This document shows, piece by piece, positions 9,360 through 19,506 of a DNA stretch of 64,000 nt. The DNA lies in contig JBEKUZ010000017.1 of the NCBI GenBank assembly GCA_049514515.1, positions 1,006 through 65,005 of the forward strand, in the 5' to 3' direction. A program made the position numbers and the translations under genes. The DNA comes from Thermodesulfobacteriota bacterium (lineage in GTDB: Bacteria; Desulfobacterota; BSN033; UBA1163). The notes under the pieces were generated by a model, which worked only from the letters and a program-made list of their open reading frames with translations, searched no databases and was not told where the DNA came from. Within the stretch, counting starts at the first letter, position 1, and every line of letters begins with the position of its first letter.

Positions 9360-10610
9360 TTATTTCTTTTTTGCCTTTTCATGCATTTCTGCCGCCATTT
9401 CCTTAATTTCTGTCAGGTCCCTCTGCATCTCGCTCCAGCCATACCAGAAGGCATAGTCCGGGTTCGCATGAAATGCTCCTTCGAATGTCCTCATCCGGTG
9501 TTCGAGAAACATGACAAAGAGTTTTTGCTCGACGACGGTTGGAGCATCAGAAAAGGTGAGCAAGTCCGGAAACGGATAAGCATAGTTTTTGGGTTTGGGA
9601 AGGATGCCGTCTTTGTAAAGACTGGCTACTGTCCGGATTGCCTCTGCCATGAGACGATCTGCGTCTTTAATCGTCATATCGCCTTTTGCCAGCTCTGCTT
9701 TAGCAAAATTGATAGAGTGACATCGGTTACATGCCTTAACCATCTTGTCGCGCTCTTTCTGCCAATCTTCCTGGGTCAGCCGGGCCACATTTGCCGCCTT
9801 CACCACGTCTAAGCGGTCGGTCGGTTTCCCTTCAGGGTCGAGAACCCCAAGGGCCTGTAGAATCGTTGCACGGTCAGCGGCCCACTGCTTGTCCTCCGGC
9901 ATGGGGAGTCTCACGGCAAGAAATCCCCAGGCTGTGAGTACACCGTGATTTCCGTTCTGCATATGGCAGGTCTGGCAGGTTGGGGCGGAAATGGTTGAAG
10001 GGAGCACCTTGATTTGCTTAAGCATGTATCGGACGCCATGTTTCGAGCCAGAATACATCTCCCATTGAGGATGGTCGAAACCCGTGTGGCAGGTCTGGCA
10101 GGCCTGTGGTTGCTTCGCTTCCTGAACGGAGAAAGTATGCCGGGTATGGCATGCGTCGCAGGAGGCCAGGCCAAATCCTACGCCTTCCTTCTTTAATTCC
10201 TTTATGTCGGTTTCGCTCTTCAGCCCAATCTTGTGGCATCCTCCGCAGCCCTTCATGCCTTCGATCAGTTCCATGGGTTGCCAGTGTATGGTAGGCATTG
10301 CGTTCATCGCCGCCCACGCAACAGCATGCTTTCCGCTTTTGAATTGTTTTACCCGGGCTTCATGGCACGCTCCGCACGTATCGGGAGTGGGAATTTTCGC
10401 CTTTGCCACATCTTGAGCCGTTTTGTGTTGATCACCATGGCAATCTGAACAGCCAACCTTATTCTGATGGTGTTTGCTCAGTTGCCAATCCGAGACAATA
10501 TTAGGCGTAATTTTTTTATGGCATTCCACACATACCTGGGCTGAAGCAACAGAAATAAAGACCAAACTAAAGAAAGTAATAAGCACCGTTCGAAATGTTA
10601 TTCGTCCCAT
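9360..10610 (-). CDS. Octaheme c-type cytochrome with HAO-family-like heme spacing
   Basis: Signal peptide followed by eight canonical CxxCH motifs (CVECH, CSDCH, CGACH, CGGCH, CDACH, CQTCH, CQTCH, CNRCH). Seven lie in the first ~220 aa and the eighth follows an ~80-aa gap, as in hydroxylamine-oxidoreductase-like octaheme proteins. There is no CxxCK or CX15CH motif. Confidence 0.6.
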   Translation of the reverse strand: MGRITFRTVLITFFSLVFISVASAQVCVECHKKITPNIVSDWQLSKHHQNKVGCSDCHGDQHKTAQDVAKAKIPTPDTCGACHEARVKQFKSGKHAVAWAAMNAMPTIHWQPMELIEGMKGCGGCHKIGLKSETDIKELKKEGVGFGLASCDACHTRHTFSVQEAKQPQACQTCHTGFDHPQWEMYSGSKHGVRYMLKQIKVLPSTISAPTCQTCHMQNGNHGVLTAWGFLAVRLPMPEDKQWAADRATILQALGVLDPEGKPTDRLDVVKAANVARLTQEDWQKERDKMVKACNRCHSINFAKAELAKGDMTIKDADRLMAEAIRTVASLYKDGILPKPKNYAYPFPDLLTFSDAPTVVEQKLFVMFLEHRMRTFEGAFHANPDYAFWYGWSEMQRDLTEIKEMAAEMHEKAKKK

Positions 10611-10848
10611 ATCTCCCTCCTTTTGAGATCATATTCCAATAAGGTGATCATTTCCGCTGCCTGCCCTGTATCCCGCGAGACGCGGGACTAGGTTCAGGGC
10701 CTGTCGGCAGGTCGGTGATTGGATTTCGGTATGATAAGGTTGTAGGCTTACCCTCCTTAGCCCCTACCTTCATGGTCTCTTTCCATTCTAAACATCTCGC
10801 CATTCCTATATCAATCTTTTTTTTGAGATCTTTTTAGGTTCAGGGTAC

Positions 10849-10899
10849 GCCCCGCCCTCGGTCTGGACCGGGGCCGGCAGGCAGGGGCGGGGTTCTTTT
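10849..10899 (+). terminator. Strong GC hairpin (GCCCCGCCC...GGGGCGGGG) followed by TTCTTTT, downstream of mlaD
   Basis: Inverted repeat plus a T-run. It lies in the 330-nt gap that also carries repeated ggttcaggg..cggcagg motifs. Confidence 0.4.
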
Positions 10900-10937
10900 C
10901 TCGTATGGTCGCCTTAATGAGTAAGGCTGCGATGGGT

Positions 10938-11918
10938 TTAAAATACGCTGAATTTAAGGTATTTCTTTGGGTGTTCTTTGATATCTTTCGCCAGGCCCTC
11001 CAATTCGGAGCTCAATTTCCTAAGCTCCAGAAGGAGATCTCGCAGCTCCTTTACAAGTTCTTCATCGCTGAGTAATGCTCCTGCCATGCCTTTGCCTTTT
11101 TCTACACCTTCCAAGATAGAGGAGAGCCGTGAGGCCGCCTGATTGAGGTTGCCGTACAATTCAGGGTCTTCAATCAGTTTCTTCAACGTCCCGGAGCCCT
11201 CATTCAGTTTTCTGGTAAATTCTTCAATCGATGAGATCGTCGTTGCGGTTTTTTTGTAGAGAGAGGGGTCTTCGATGAGCATCTTCAAGGTGCCCTCAGA
11301 ATTTTTGATGTCTTCTAATAGCAGAGCAAGGGTTTCTGTGGACTTCTTTAGATTATTATAGATGGCAGGGTCGGTGAAAAATTTAGCAACGGTCCCTTCC
11401 CCCTTTTCCATTTTCGTCACAAGGATGTCGAGTTTGTCTATGAAGTCGCCCATTTTCCCGATGGCTACAGAAGTAATCTCGATGATCTGGGAGAATTGGA
11501 TTGCCTCTGTTCCCTTTATCAGTTCGCCAGGTTGGAGTGGCGCTGCCCCGGGAGAGCCGGCACTCAGTTCAATGTATTTGTCGCCCAGAAGTCCCATGGT
11601 CAGAATACTTGCTTGGGAGTCCTTTTTGAGAAACCTCAGGGCGTCTTTATTAATAGAAATGGTCACGATGGCTCCGCGGACTGGGTCCAAGTGGATGTTT
11701 CTCACGGAGCCTACCTCTGTGCCGAATATCCAGACAGGGGCACCTCTTCTTAACCCTCTGACATCCCGAAACTCTGCTTTCAACTCGGTCTTTGGTGAAA
11801 ATATTTTCTCGATGTTTCCCGCAAAAAACACGGCCACCAATAGTGCTAAGAACGCAATCGTGATGACCAGACCGGCCTTTAGTTTTGACCATCTGAGCTG
11901 TTTTTTGATATCGAACAT
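10938..11918 (-). CDS. mlaD: MlaD/MCE-domain protein (periplasmic component of the Mla phospholipid ABC transporter)
   Basis: N-terminal TM helix, MCE domain, C-terminal coiled-coil repeats. Last gene of mlaE-mlaF-mlaD. Confidence 0.75.
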   Translation of the reverse strand: MFDIKKQLRWSKLKAGLVITIAFLALLVAVFFAGNIEKIFSPKTELKAEFRDVRGLRRGAPVWIFGTEVGSVRNIHLDPVRGAIVTISINKDALRFLKKDSQASILTMGLLGDKYIELSAGSPGAAPLQPGELIKGTEAIQFSQIIEITSVAIGKMGDFIDKLDILVTKMEKGEGTVAKFFTDPAIYNNLKKSTETLALLLEDIKNSEGTLKMLIEDPSLYKKTATTISSIEEFTRKLNEGSGTLKKLIEDPELYGNLNQAASRLSSILEGVEKGKGMAGALLSDEELVKELRDLLLELRKLSSELEGLAKDIKEHPKKYLKFSVF

Positions 11919-11952
11919 TTTAGTCTCCTCAATGGTTAACCTCCCCCTTTTT

Positions 11953-12699
11953 TTAGGAAGATGCCGGCAAGGGGGGATTTAACTCAGTCAGAAATACGCG
12001 GATCTCCGGGATGGACGACTGCATCAACTGGTCTCTGTTTCCGTCAAATAGGATCGAGCCGTTTTTTAGAAACATAAATCTTTCCGCCAGCCTGAGAGCA
12101 TCGAAAACCTTGTGGGTGACGATAATAAAGCCTTTTCCGCCCTGAGTCAAATCGACAATCAACTTGCATATAATATCCGCATTCACAGGGTCGAGCCCGG
12201 TGGTCGCCTCGTCGTACAGAAACATTTTGGGATCGAACGCTGCCAGGGACCTCATAATGGCAACCCTTCTAAGCATGCCACCGCTCAACTCTTCGGGCAT
12301 CAATTCGATCGCGTGCTCCAGACCCACCTCCCCAAGTAGTCCTCTCACCTTCTTATCGATTTCCTCTTCGGTCATTTTCGAGTATTCCCTTAGGCCAAAG
12401 GCGATATTCTCCTTTACATTGAGCGAGTCAAAAAGCGCCCCTTCCTGGAAAACAATGCTGAATTTCGTTCTGACTTCCCTGAGTTCGTCCTCGTTTTTAT
12501 CCGTGATGTCCTCCCCATCAACGACAATTCTTCCAGAATCGGGTTTTAAAAGTCCCACGATTAGCTTGAGAAGTGTTGTCTTCCCGTCCCCACTTCCTCC
12601 AAGAATGGCTACCCTTTCATTGAAAGGGATGGAAAAACTGACACCTTTCAAGACTTGCTGTATCCCATAAGAAAATGAGACTCGGTCGAATACAATCAT
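11953..12699 (-). CDS. mlaF: ABC transporter ATP-binding protein (MlaF-like)
   Basis: Walker A GGSGDGKTTLLK, signature LSGGMLRRV, Walker B FLYDEAT. The start was trimmed to MIVFDRVSF, which overlaps the mlaE stop codon; the six-frame ORF runs upstream to 12852. Confidence 0.8.
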   Translation of the reverse strand: MIVFDRVSFSYGIQQVLKGVSFSIPFNERVAILGGSGDGKTTLLKLIVGLLKPDSGRIVVDGEDITDKNEDELREVRTKFSIVFQEGALFDSLNVKENIAFGLREYSKMTEEEIDKKVRGLLGEVGLEHAIELMPEELSGGMLRRVAIMRSLAAFDPKMFLYDEATTGLDPVNADIICKLIVDLTQGGKGFIIVTHKVFDALRLAERFMFLKNGSILFDGNRDQLMQSSIPEIRVFLTELNPPLPASS

Positions 12700-13475
12700 A
12701 ATGAAAAACCAAAAATATAAAATAATACCCGGGTCAGGATAAAGTCGGCGACAATGATCATGACAAACGATGCGACCACGGCCCTCGTTGTTGACCGCCT
12801 GAGGCCTATGGCTCCACCTTTTGTGGAGAGCCCCATATAACAGCTGATGCATGCGGTCAGGTATCCAAAGATGAAGGGTTTGATAGAGCCCGATACCACA
12901 TTCTCAAAATTAAGCACGCCCCGAATCGAAGTCCAGTAGACCGAACCGCTCTGATGGCTCACGAACACGGCGATGTAATAGCCTCCTAAGATTGAGACGG
13001 TATCTCCTATAATGGTCAAGGCCGGGAGCATGATCAGCGATCCGATTATCCTTGGGGTAACCAACTTTCTTAGCGGGTCGACGCCAAAAACTCTGAGCGT
13101 ATCCACTTGATGCCCGAGGACCATGGAGCCCAATTCGGACGCCACACCAGAACCCACTCTCCCTGCATAAACCAGCGCCGTCATGACAGGTCCGATCTCC
13201 CGGATGATCGAAACGCCCACGATCTTTCCGATATACATTTTGAATCCCATGGCCGAAAGCTCGGCAGAAAGCTGGAGGGAGAGTGCCATCCCGATAAAAA
13301 GGGAGATGAGAAGAATGATGAAAAACGAACCTGCTCCGGAATAGTCCATCTGTTCGATAACATCCTTCGAGTAAAAGGGCCTTTTCACCAAACCCAAAAG
13401 GCCCTGAAAGGAGAGGAAGTAAAAATCCTGAAGGTCGCTGATCCACTCCTTTATATGAATAGTCTCTTTTTTCAT
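12696..13475 (-). CDS. mlaE: ABC transporter permease (MlaE-like)
   Basis: Multi-TM permease with the MlaE-family C-terminus (STKGGAIGLRRSTTRAVVASFVMIIVADFILT). Confidence 0.75.
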   Translation of the reverse strand: MKKETIHIKEWISDLQDFYFLSFQGLLGLVKRPFYSKDVIEQMDYSGAGSFFIILLISLFIGMALSLQLSAELSAMGFKMYIGKIVGVSIIREIGPVMTALVYAGRVGSGVASELGSMVLGHQVDTLRVFGVDPLRKLVTPRIIGSLIMLPALTIIGDTVSILGGYYIAVFVSHQSGSVYWTSIRGVLNFENVVSGSIKPFIFGYLTACISCYMGLSTKGGAIGLRRSTTRAVVASFVMIIVADFILTRVLFYIFGFSL

Positions 13476-14235
13476 CAGGCTGCCATCGAACCATTAAGGT
13501 CCCCCCGTTGGGTAGGTTATACCCCGAATCAACCTATTGGAGGAGACCGTCATGGTCCCTCGACTAATTTCTCGGCAGTTCAAACCGAAAAGTATGTCCG
13601 AGGAATAGACGATCAGATTTCTTATGAATTTATTGGAAAAAGGTAAATATGTCAATATGGAAATTTTCCTTGTCAAGCCAATTTAGAAATGTCCTATTCT
13701 TACCAAAGTAGAAATGTCCGGGAATTTTCCTTATTTTGAGATGAGAAAGTTCGCATTTTTTGCCGAGATTTCCGAATCCTCAATGGATGTCCAAGCCGTC
13801 TTCAAAGTAGTTTGCTCAGGAAAAACGTTCGCGGGGTTTTCTCAAGGAAGGAAATGAGCCATCTCGCTGGATGTGACAGGGTATTCGAGAAGGCGATTGG
13901 ACAGATAAGATATGAATCATCGAGCAAATACAGTATTTTCCAGCATCAAATACAGTATTTGCCCCATTTATTTATAAATTCATCGTTAGTATCTTGTTGC
14001 TAATACAAACACGTTAGGTATCCTTACATTTCATTGAATCGCCCCTCGCCTATTCCTCTCCCCAGCAGGGAGAAGGGAGGGTGAGGCGGCTTCCATGTTG
14101 AAGCATTTAATGCGCTCGTATTAGTAATCGGAAGATTCAGAGATCAGCAAAAGGAGGTGATGAGCAGAAGGGAGAATCGCAACGGTGCTGAAATGTGCGA
14201 GCGGAGGGTATTAAGGAAGAAAGGAGGAAAATACA

Positions 14236-14598
14236 ATGCGCAAAATAATGATTCTCGGTGTCTTGGCAAGCTTCTTTATGGTTATGAGTGTGGTCCTTCC
14301 AGTCTATGCAGCTGAAACTGTGACAGTCAAAGGTGAGGTGATCGACACCTACTGCTATGCCTTGATGGGAGCAAAAGGCGAGAGTCATCGGCAGTGTGCC
14401 ATCGACTGTGTTAAAGCTGGGATTCCGGCAGGGCTACTTGAGGAAAAAACCGATAAGGTCTATGTCTTATTGCCCAATAAAGACAAGACCGCTTTACCCA
14501 AAGGGGTGATGGACAAGATGGGGCGTATGGCCTCTATCACCGGCAAGGTCTATATGAGCGGCGGAAGTAACTTTTTGACTGTCGAATCCATCAAGTGA
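14236..14598 (+). CDS. Small secreted protein of unknown function
   Basis: Signal peptide MRKIMILGVLASFFMVMSVVLPVYA and several Cys residues. The stop codon overlaps the start of the next gene. Confidence 0.5.
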   Translation: MRKIMILGVLASFFMVMSVVLPVYAAETVTVKGEVIDTYCYALMGAKGESHRQCAIDCVKAGIPAGLLEEKTDKVYVLLPNKDKTALPKGVMDKMGRMASITGKVYMSGGSNFLTVESIK

Positions 14599-15086
14599 TG
14601 CCTATGCTTGAGATCATTCTCCCAGGAGTGCAGCACTTCCAAAATATCCACCCCTTGGTAGTTCATTTTCCTATTGCGTTCCTGGCGGGTGCTGCACTCT
14701 TCTACTTTCTCTCTTGGGTTTTGCGAAACGAGACTTTTGCAACGACCGCATTCCTATTGCTGATCCTCGGCACCCTAGCCGCTGGAGCGGCAGTAGCAAC
14801 CGGCCTTTACGGGGAAGAAGGAGTGATGGTCTCGCGCTCGGTTCGAGAAAATCTTTTGGAACACCATGAAGCATTGATGCTGGCAACACTTGGCGTAAGC
14901 TTTGGCTTAGCCATCTGGGCGGTGATGGCGAAGCCCTTTCCAAAGAAAAAGCGATTGCTATTTCTCTTTGTGCTTTTGGTATTGTTGGGAATTATGACCA
15001 TAGGCGCAGACTATGGTGCCCGGATGGTTTACGATTACAACGCAGGCGGAGATGCCTGTTCACAGCCCATCGACTTTACCAGGTGA
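14595..15086 (+). CDS. DUF2231-family integral membrane protein
   Basis: HPLVVHFPIAF motif and 4 TM helices. Translationally coupled to 14236-14598. Confidence 0.55.
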   Translation: MMPMLEIILPGVQHFQNIHPLVVHFPIAFLAGAALFYFLSWVLRNETFATTAFLLLILGTLAAGAAVATGLYGEEGVMVSRSVRENLLEHHEALMLATLGVSFGLAIWAVMAKPFPKKKRLLFLFVLLVLLGIMTIGADYGARMVYDYNAGGDACSQPIDFTR

Positions 15087-15123
15087 AAGTTCCTAAATTC
15101 TTTTCGAGAGAGATTCGAGAGAG

Positions 15124-15747
15124 TTATCTGGTGGTAAAAAATCCCTTGAGGTTCCGGTATTTCTTTTCTCCGATCCCTTTCACATTTCTTAAATCCTCAA
15201 CGGATCGAAAACCTTTTCTTCTATCCCTATAAGCTATCATTTCCTGCGCTAAGGATTCTCCGATCCCAGGTATCAAACAAAGGTCTTCCGCCGATGCTCG
15301 ATTGAGATCGAGAGGTACGGAAAAAGCGAGCAATTTATTAGCAGCCATCCTGCTGATTTTTATCTTTATCCCCTGTTGCTTCATCTCCCCATGTTTTTCC
15401 TTTGATAATCGACGAAGAGGGGCGATCTGAGGAGATTCTTTCGTGACGATGAGAAGTGTCCCTGATTTCAAAATCTGTGAGGCTGAAGGGATATCGAACC
15501 CGGCAGTTTCCTTCAGACCTCCAGCCCGGTCAACGGCCTCCCTCAAAGTGGGGGAATTCTCGAAAAGATAGACGCCGGGACTTCGAACTTCTCCCGAGAC
15601 TTCAACGACGACTTCTTTCACCGATTCTTCCGGGAAGGGGGAGGGAGCGTGATAAAGAAAACCGAAGTAGAGACTGCCGAGGATGAGAAGAACGATACCC
15701 AAGAGAACCCACTGCTGGGAAAGCGAAAAGTGTTTCATGAATGCCAA
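15124..15747 (-). CDS. comEA: ComEA-family helix-hairpin-helix DNA-binding protein
   Basis: N-terminal TM helix, SLBB-like region, and the C-terminal tandem HhH motif LNRASAEDLCLIPGIGESLAQEMIAYR...LRNVKGIGEKKY. Confidence 0.75.
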   Translation of the reverse strand: MAFMKHFSLSQQWVLLGIVLLILGSLYFGFLYHAPSPFPEESVKEVVVEVSGEVRSPGVYLFENSPTLREAVDRAGGLKETAGFDIPSASQILKSGTLLIVTKESPQIAPLRRLSKEKHGEMKQQGIKIKISRMAANKLLAFSVPLDLNRASAEDLCLIPGIGESLAQEMIAYRDRRKGFRSVEDLRNVKGIGEKKYRNLKGFFTTR

Positions 15748-15897
15748 AGTTCAAAATCTCCCGCTAAAGCGGGATCAAATCAATGACAAATGGCCAAATA
15801 GCATTTTGTCGGCCCCCTCACCCTTCCCCTCTCCCCGCCGGGGAGAGGGAGGGTGAGGGGAATATTCGTGCGAACTTTGACATTTGCTAGTATCTTG

Positions 15898-17478
15898 TTA
15901 TTTTCCATTTTCTTCTTTTAAAAGCTTGTAGTCGATCGAGTCTACCAAGGCTTGCCAGCTTGCCTGAATGATGTTTTCGGAAACTCCCACTGTCCCCCAT
16001 TTTGATTTCCCATCCCACGATTCGATCAAAACCCTCGTTTGGGCTCTGGTTCCATCCTTGGTGGAAAGGATCCTGACTTTGTAGTCGAGCAGATTCACTT
16101 CTTTCAGTTCAGGATAGAATTTTTCCAATGCCTTTCGTAGGGCATTATCCAGAGCATTGACCGGACCATTTCCAACGGCTGCTGTATGCTCCACTTGATC
16201 CCCTACACGAACCATGATGGTGGCTTCTGAAAGGGCTTCTTCCTCGGTCTTCTTTTCCACAATGACGCGGAATCCCATCAGTTCAAAAAACCTTTTATGT
16301 TGCCCGAGCGCCTTCTTGATAAGAATCTCAAAAGAGCCTTCGGCTCCTTCAAACTGGAAACCTTCGCTTTCAAGGTGTTTCAAGTCGTCGAGGATCTTTC
16401 TCACTTTTGGATCTTTGCTCTCCAAATCAATTTTAAACTCACCCGCTTTGTAAAGAACGTTTGATTCGCCGGAGAGGTCGGAGATAAGAACCCTCCGGTG
16501 ATTTCCGACTCGCTCAGGGGAGATGTGTTCGTAAGTGGCGTCCTTTTTTCGGATCGCGCTGACATGCACACCGCCTTTGTGAGCAAAGGCGCTTTCCCCC
16601 ACATAAGGAAGATATTTGTTATGGGGCAGGTTGGCCAGCTCTGAGACGAAGCGAGAGACCTCGGTGATCTTTTTCAACTGGTCGTCTGTGACACAATCAA
16701 TTTCCATTTTCAGTTTGAGATTGGGGATGACGGAACAGAGATTGGCATTCCCGCATCGTTCCCCGTAGCCGTTAATCGTGCCATGAACCATCCTGACACC
16801 TTCCTTGACCGCCAGGATTGTGTTGGCTACTGCCATCTCGGTATCATTATGGACGTGAATGCCCAAGGGAACCGCAATGTTGTTTTTTACCTCTTGGACG
16901 ATGGATTGGATCTCGCCGGGGAAGGTCCCCCCATTCGTATCGCATAAGACGATCCAATCCGCCTTAGCTTCCTGGGCTGCTTTCAGGGTGGAGAGGCTAT
17001 ACTGGGGGTTGTTCTTGAACCCATCGAAGAAATGCTCGGCATCAAACAGAACTTCCTCGACGCACCCCTTGAGGAACTGAATTGAGCTATAGATGATTTC
17101 GAGATTCTGATCAAGAGTAATTTTTAGCGCTTCAAGGGGATGGATATCCCAGGACTTCCCTACGATCGTCACCACCTTCGTGCCAGCCTCGATCAGGGCC
17201 CGGATGTTTGGATCATTTTTCGGCAGAATTCCTGCCCGGCAGGTGCTTCCGAAGGCGACGATCTTCGCAAGAGAAAGGGAAACCGATTTGATCTCCTGAA
17301 AGAACTGAAGGTCCTTTGGATTGGAACCAGGCCATCCCCCTTCGATGTAGTGGATGCCCAATTCGTCCAGCTTTTGCGCGATTCGAACTTTATCCTCAAC
17401 AGAAAAAGAAATGTCTTCTGCCTGAGATCCATCGCGGAGTGTGGTGTCGTAGATTTTTACAGGAATCGAGTCGATCAA
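15898..17478 (-). CDS. cimA: (R)-citramalate synthase / 2-isopropylmalate synthase family enzyme
   Basis: DRE-TIM barrel start ([14 protein letters not shown]), HxH metal motif (HVHND), and the C-terminal LeuA-dimerisation domain; 526 aa. cimA is known to sit next to aspartate kinase in some anaerobes. Confidence 0.65.
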   Translation of the reverse strand: MIDSIPVKIYDTTLRDGSQAEDISFSVEDKVRIAQKLDELGIHYIEGGWPGSNPKDLQFFQEIKSVSLSLAKIVAFGSTCRAGILPKNDPNIRALIEAGTKVVTIVGKSWDIHPLEALKITLDQNLEIIYSSIQFLKGCVEEVLFDAEHFFDGFKNNPQYSLSTLKAAQEAKADWIVLCDTNGGTFPGEIQSIVQEVKNNIAVPLGIHVHNDTEMAVANTILAVKEGVRMVHGTINGYGERCGNANLCSVIPNLKLKMEIDCVTDDQLKKITEVSRFVSELANLPHNKYLPYVGESAFAHKGGVHVSAIRKKDATYEHISPERVGNHRRVLISDLSGESNVLYKAGEFKIDLESKDPKVRKILDDLKHLESEGFQFEGAEGSFEILIKKALGQHKRFFELMGFRVIVEKKTEEEALSEATIMVRVGDQVEHTAAVGNGPVNALDNALRKALEKFYPELKEVNLLDYKVRILSTKDGTRAQTRVLIESWDGKSKWGTVGVSENIIQASWQALVDSIDYKLLKEENGK

Positions 17479-17519
17479 AGTAATACTCCCTTGCTGTAGT
17501 GAGCGATCAAAGTAAAGTT

Positions 17520-17593
17520 GTCATTGCGAGGAGTCTCGCTTTGGCGGGACGACGTGACAATCCCCGAGATTGCTTCGCCTCGCTCGCAATGAC
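17520..17593. repeat. Palindromic REP-like element (gtcattgcgag...ctcgcaatgac)
   Basis: Perfect terminal inverted repeats. The same family recurs at 32523-32663, 60751-60781 and 61081-61232. Confidence 0.7.
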
Positions 17594-17681
17594 ATTCTGG
17601 GAATAAGAACGTATTCAAGTCGTTCACTAAAGACGATGAACAAATGTATTGGTTCGTTGTTCATCGTCCGTACTTCTTCGT

Positions 17682-18920
17682 TTATCGTTCTTCTGAAATA
17701 ACAGACTTATCCAATTCAAAAGCGTCGTGGAGAGCCCGGACGGCTAATTCCGTATACTTGGAATCAACAATGCAGGAGATCTTAATCTCCGAGCTGGAAA
17801 TCATTTGAATATTAATTCCCTCTTTGGCCAAGGCAGAGAACATTTGGGTGGCCACATTGGAATGGCTCCTCATGCCCACCCCCACAATGGATACCTTTGC
17901 AATGTCTTCGTTGGATTTGACCTCTTTCCCGCCCAACTCCTTAATCGTGTTTTTGACGATCTGGAGGGTCTTTGCAAAATCGGACTTGGGGACGGTGAAC
18001 GCGATGTCGGCGCAACCTTTCTCGGTGCTGGAGGTTTGAATAATCATGTCCACGACGATATTCGCGTCGGCGATGGGCTTGAAAATTTTTGCCGCCATCC
18101 CCGGGACGTCCGGAACACGCATGATCTCTATCCGTGCTTCATTTTTGTTGTACGTCACACCCGAAACCACAACCCTTTCCATCTCTCTGTCCTCCTTGCA
18201 GACGATTGTACCAGGATTATCGTTAAAAGATGACCTGACATGAATGGGGACATCGTATTTCTTGGCAAACTCAACAGATCGGATCTGTAATACCTTCGCT
18301 CCGAGGCTGGCCATCTCCAGCATCTCATCGTAGGAGATCTTGGACAACTTCCTTGCCTTGGAGCAGACATTGGGATCGGTCGTATAGACTCCGTCGACGT
18401 CGGTGTAGATCTCACAAACATCTGCTTTCAGAGCGGCCGCGACGGCAACGGCCGTGGTGTCGGATCCTCCCCGACCAAGGGTCGTGATATTTTCTGATTC
18501 ATCCACCCCCTGGAACCCGGCTACCACCACGACCCGCCCGTTCTTCAGGTCGCTTAGTATCTTCTCCGATTCAATGCCCGTAATACGGGCTTTGCCGAAA
18601 GCGCTGTCCGTGGCAATCTTAATTTGGAACCCGAGATAGGATTTTGCCTCCGCTCCCATATCCTTCAGAGCGATGGCAAGCAAGGCGATGGAGACTTGCT
18701 CTCCCGTCGAGATGAGCACGTCCATTTCCCTTTCGTCAGGGTTGGGCGTGACCTGATGGGCCAAGCGGACGAGTTTATCCGTTTCTCCGGCCATCGCAGA
18801 GACGACGACCACCACCTCGTGACCTTGGTTGCTACTGCTGACGACCCTCCTGGCGACATTTTTGATTCGATCGATGTCCCCGACAGAGGTGCCGCCATAT
18901 TTTTGAACGACCCGCGCCAT
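17682..18920 (-). CDS. lysC: Aspartate kinase
   Basis: [11 protein letters not shown] and the amino-acid kinase fold, followed by two ACT domains. Confidence 0.9.
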   Translation of the reverse strand: MARVVQKYGGTSVGDIDRIKNVARRVVSSSNQGHEVVVVVSAMAGETDKLVRLAHQVTPNPDEREMDVLISTGEQVSIALLAIALKDMGAEAKSYLGFQIKIATDSAFGKARITGIESEKILSDLKNGRVVVVAGFQGVDESENITTLGRGGSDTTAVAVAAALKADVCEIYTDVDGVYTTDPNVCSKARKLSKISYDEMLEMASLGAKVLQIRSVEFAKKYDVPIHVRSSFNDNPGTIVCKEDREMERVVVSGVTYNKNEARIEIMRVPDVPGMAAKIFKPIADANIVVDMIIQTSSTEKGCADIAFTVPKSDFAKTLQIVKNTIKELGGKEVKSNEDIAKVSIVGVGMRSHSNVATQMFSALAKEGINIQMISSSEIKISCIVDSKYTELAVRALHDAFELDKSVISEER

Positions 18921-18969
18921 TCAAATGCCTCCTTTTCCCCGCTGGGGAATATAGCATGCGGATTTAGAA

Positions 18970-19449
18970 TTAATTCCGCAATTCGCAATCTGAAATCCGC
19001 AACTCCTTAACTAATTCTTCGTAGCGCTTTCCCTTTCCGACGATTTCCAAAGACCTTCTATTCCTTCCTGTGTAGGCTATGCGGATGAGCAGAAGCTCCT
19101 TCGGGAGGAGAGAGGGGATTTTGTCCGCCCATTCGATGGCCGTGATCCCCTTGCTTTGGAAATAATCCTCCAGGCCTAGCTCTTCGGCTTCCTTCTCTTC
19201 GCCGAGACGAAAAAGATCAACATGGTAAAAGGTCATCTTTCCCGGGTATTCGTTAATCAGGGTAAAGGAAGGGCTTGAGATATAAGCCGGATTCCTAATT
19301 CCCGCCCCCGCGGCGAGTCCTTTGATGAATTGCGTTTTTCCTGCCCCCAATTCACCCACCAATGCCACGACATCCCCGGGCAGAAGTCTCCTTCCAATGC
19401 TCTTTCCGATCCGAATGGTCTCTACTGTCCTGCCGGTCTGAATAACCAC
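18970..19449 (-). CDS. tsaE: tRNA threonylcarbamoyladenosine biosynthesis protein TsaE
   Basis: P-loop GELGAGKTQFIKG and the TsaE/YjeE size and signature. Confidence 0.8.
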   Translation of the reverse strand: MVIQTGRTVETIRIGKSIGRRLLPGDVVALVGELGAGKTQFIKGLAAGAGIRNPAYISSPSFTLINEYPGKMTFYHVDLFRLGEEKEAEELGLEDYFQSKGITAIEWADKIPSLLPKELLLIRIAYTGRNRRSLEIVGKGKRYEELVKELRISDCELRN

Positions 19450-19506
19450 TTGTCTGGATTTCAGCTTTCGTAGGGAACGAATATATGCGTTCCCTACAAT
19501 TTCCTC

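Noticed and set aside
10611-10937. FNR/DNR box upstream of the octaheme gene (TTGAGATCAT..., GGTGATCAT)
   Set aside because: Only half-site resemblance. No TTGAY-N4-RTCAA with proper spacing was found by eye, so no site is claimed.
12910-13494. 194-aa ORF in an alternative frame within mlaE
   Set aside because: Arg/Gly-rich low-complexity translation, embedded in a well-supported permease gene.
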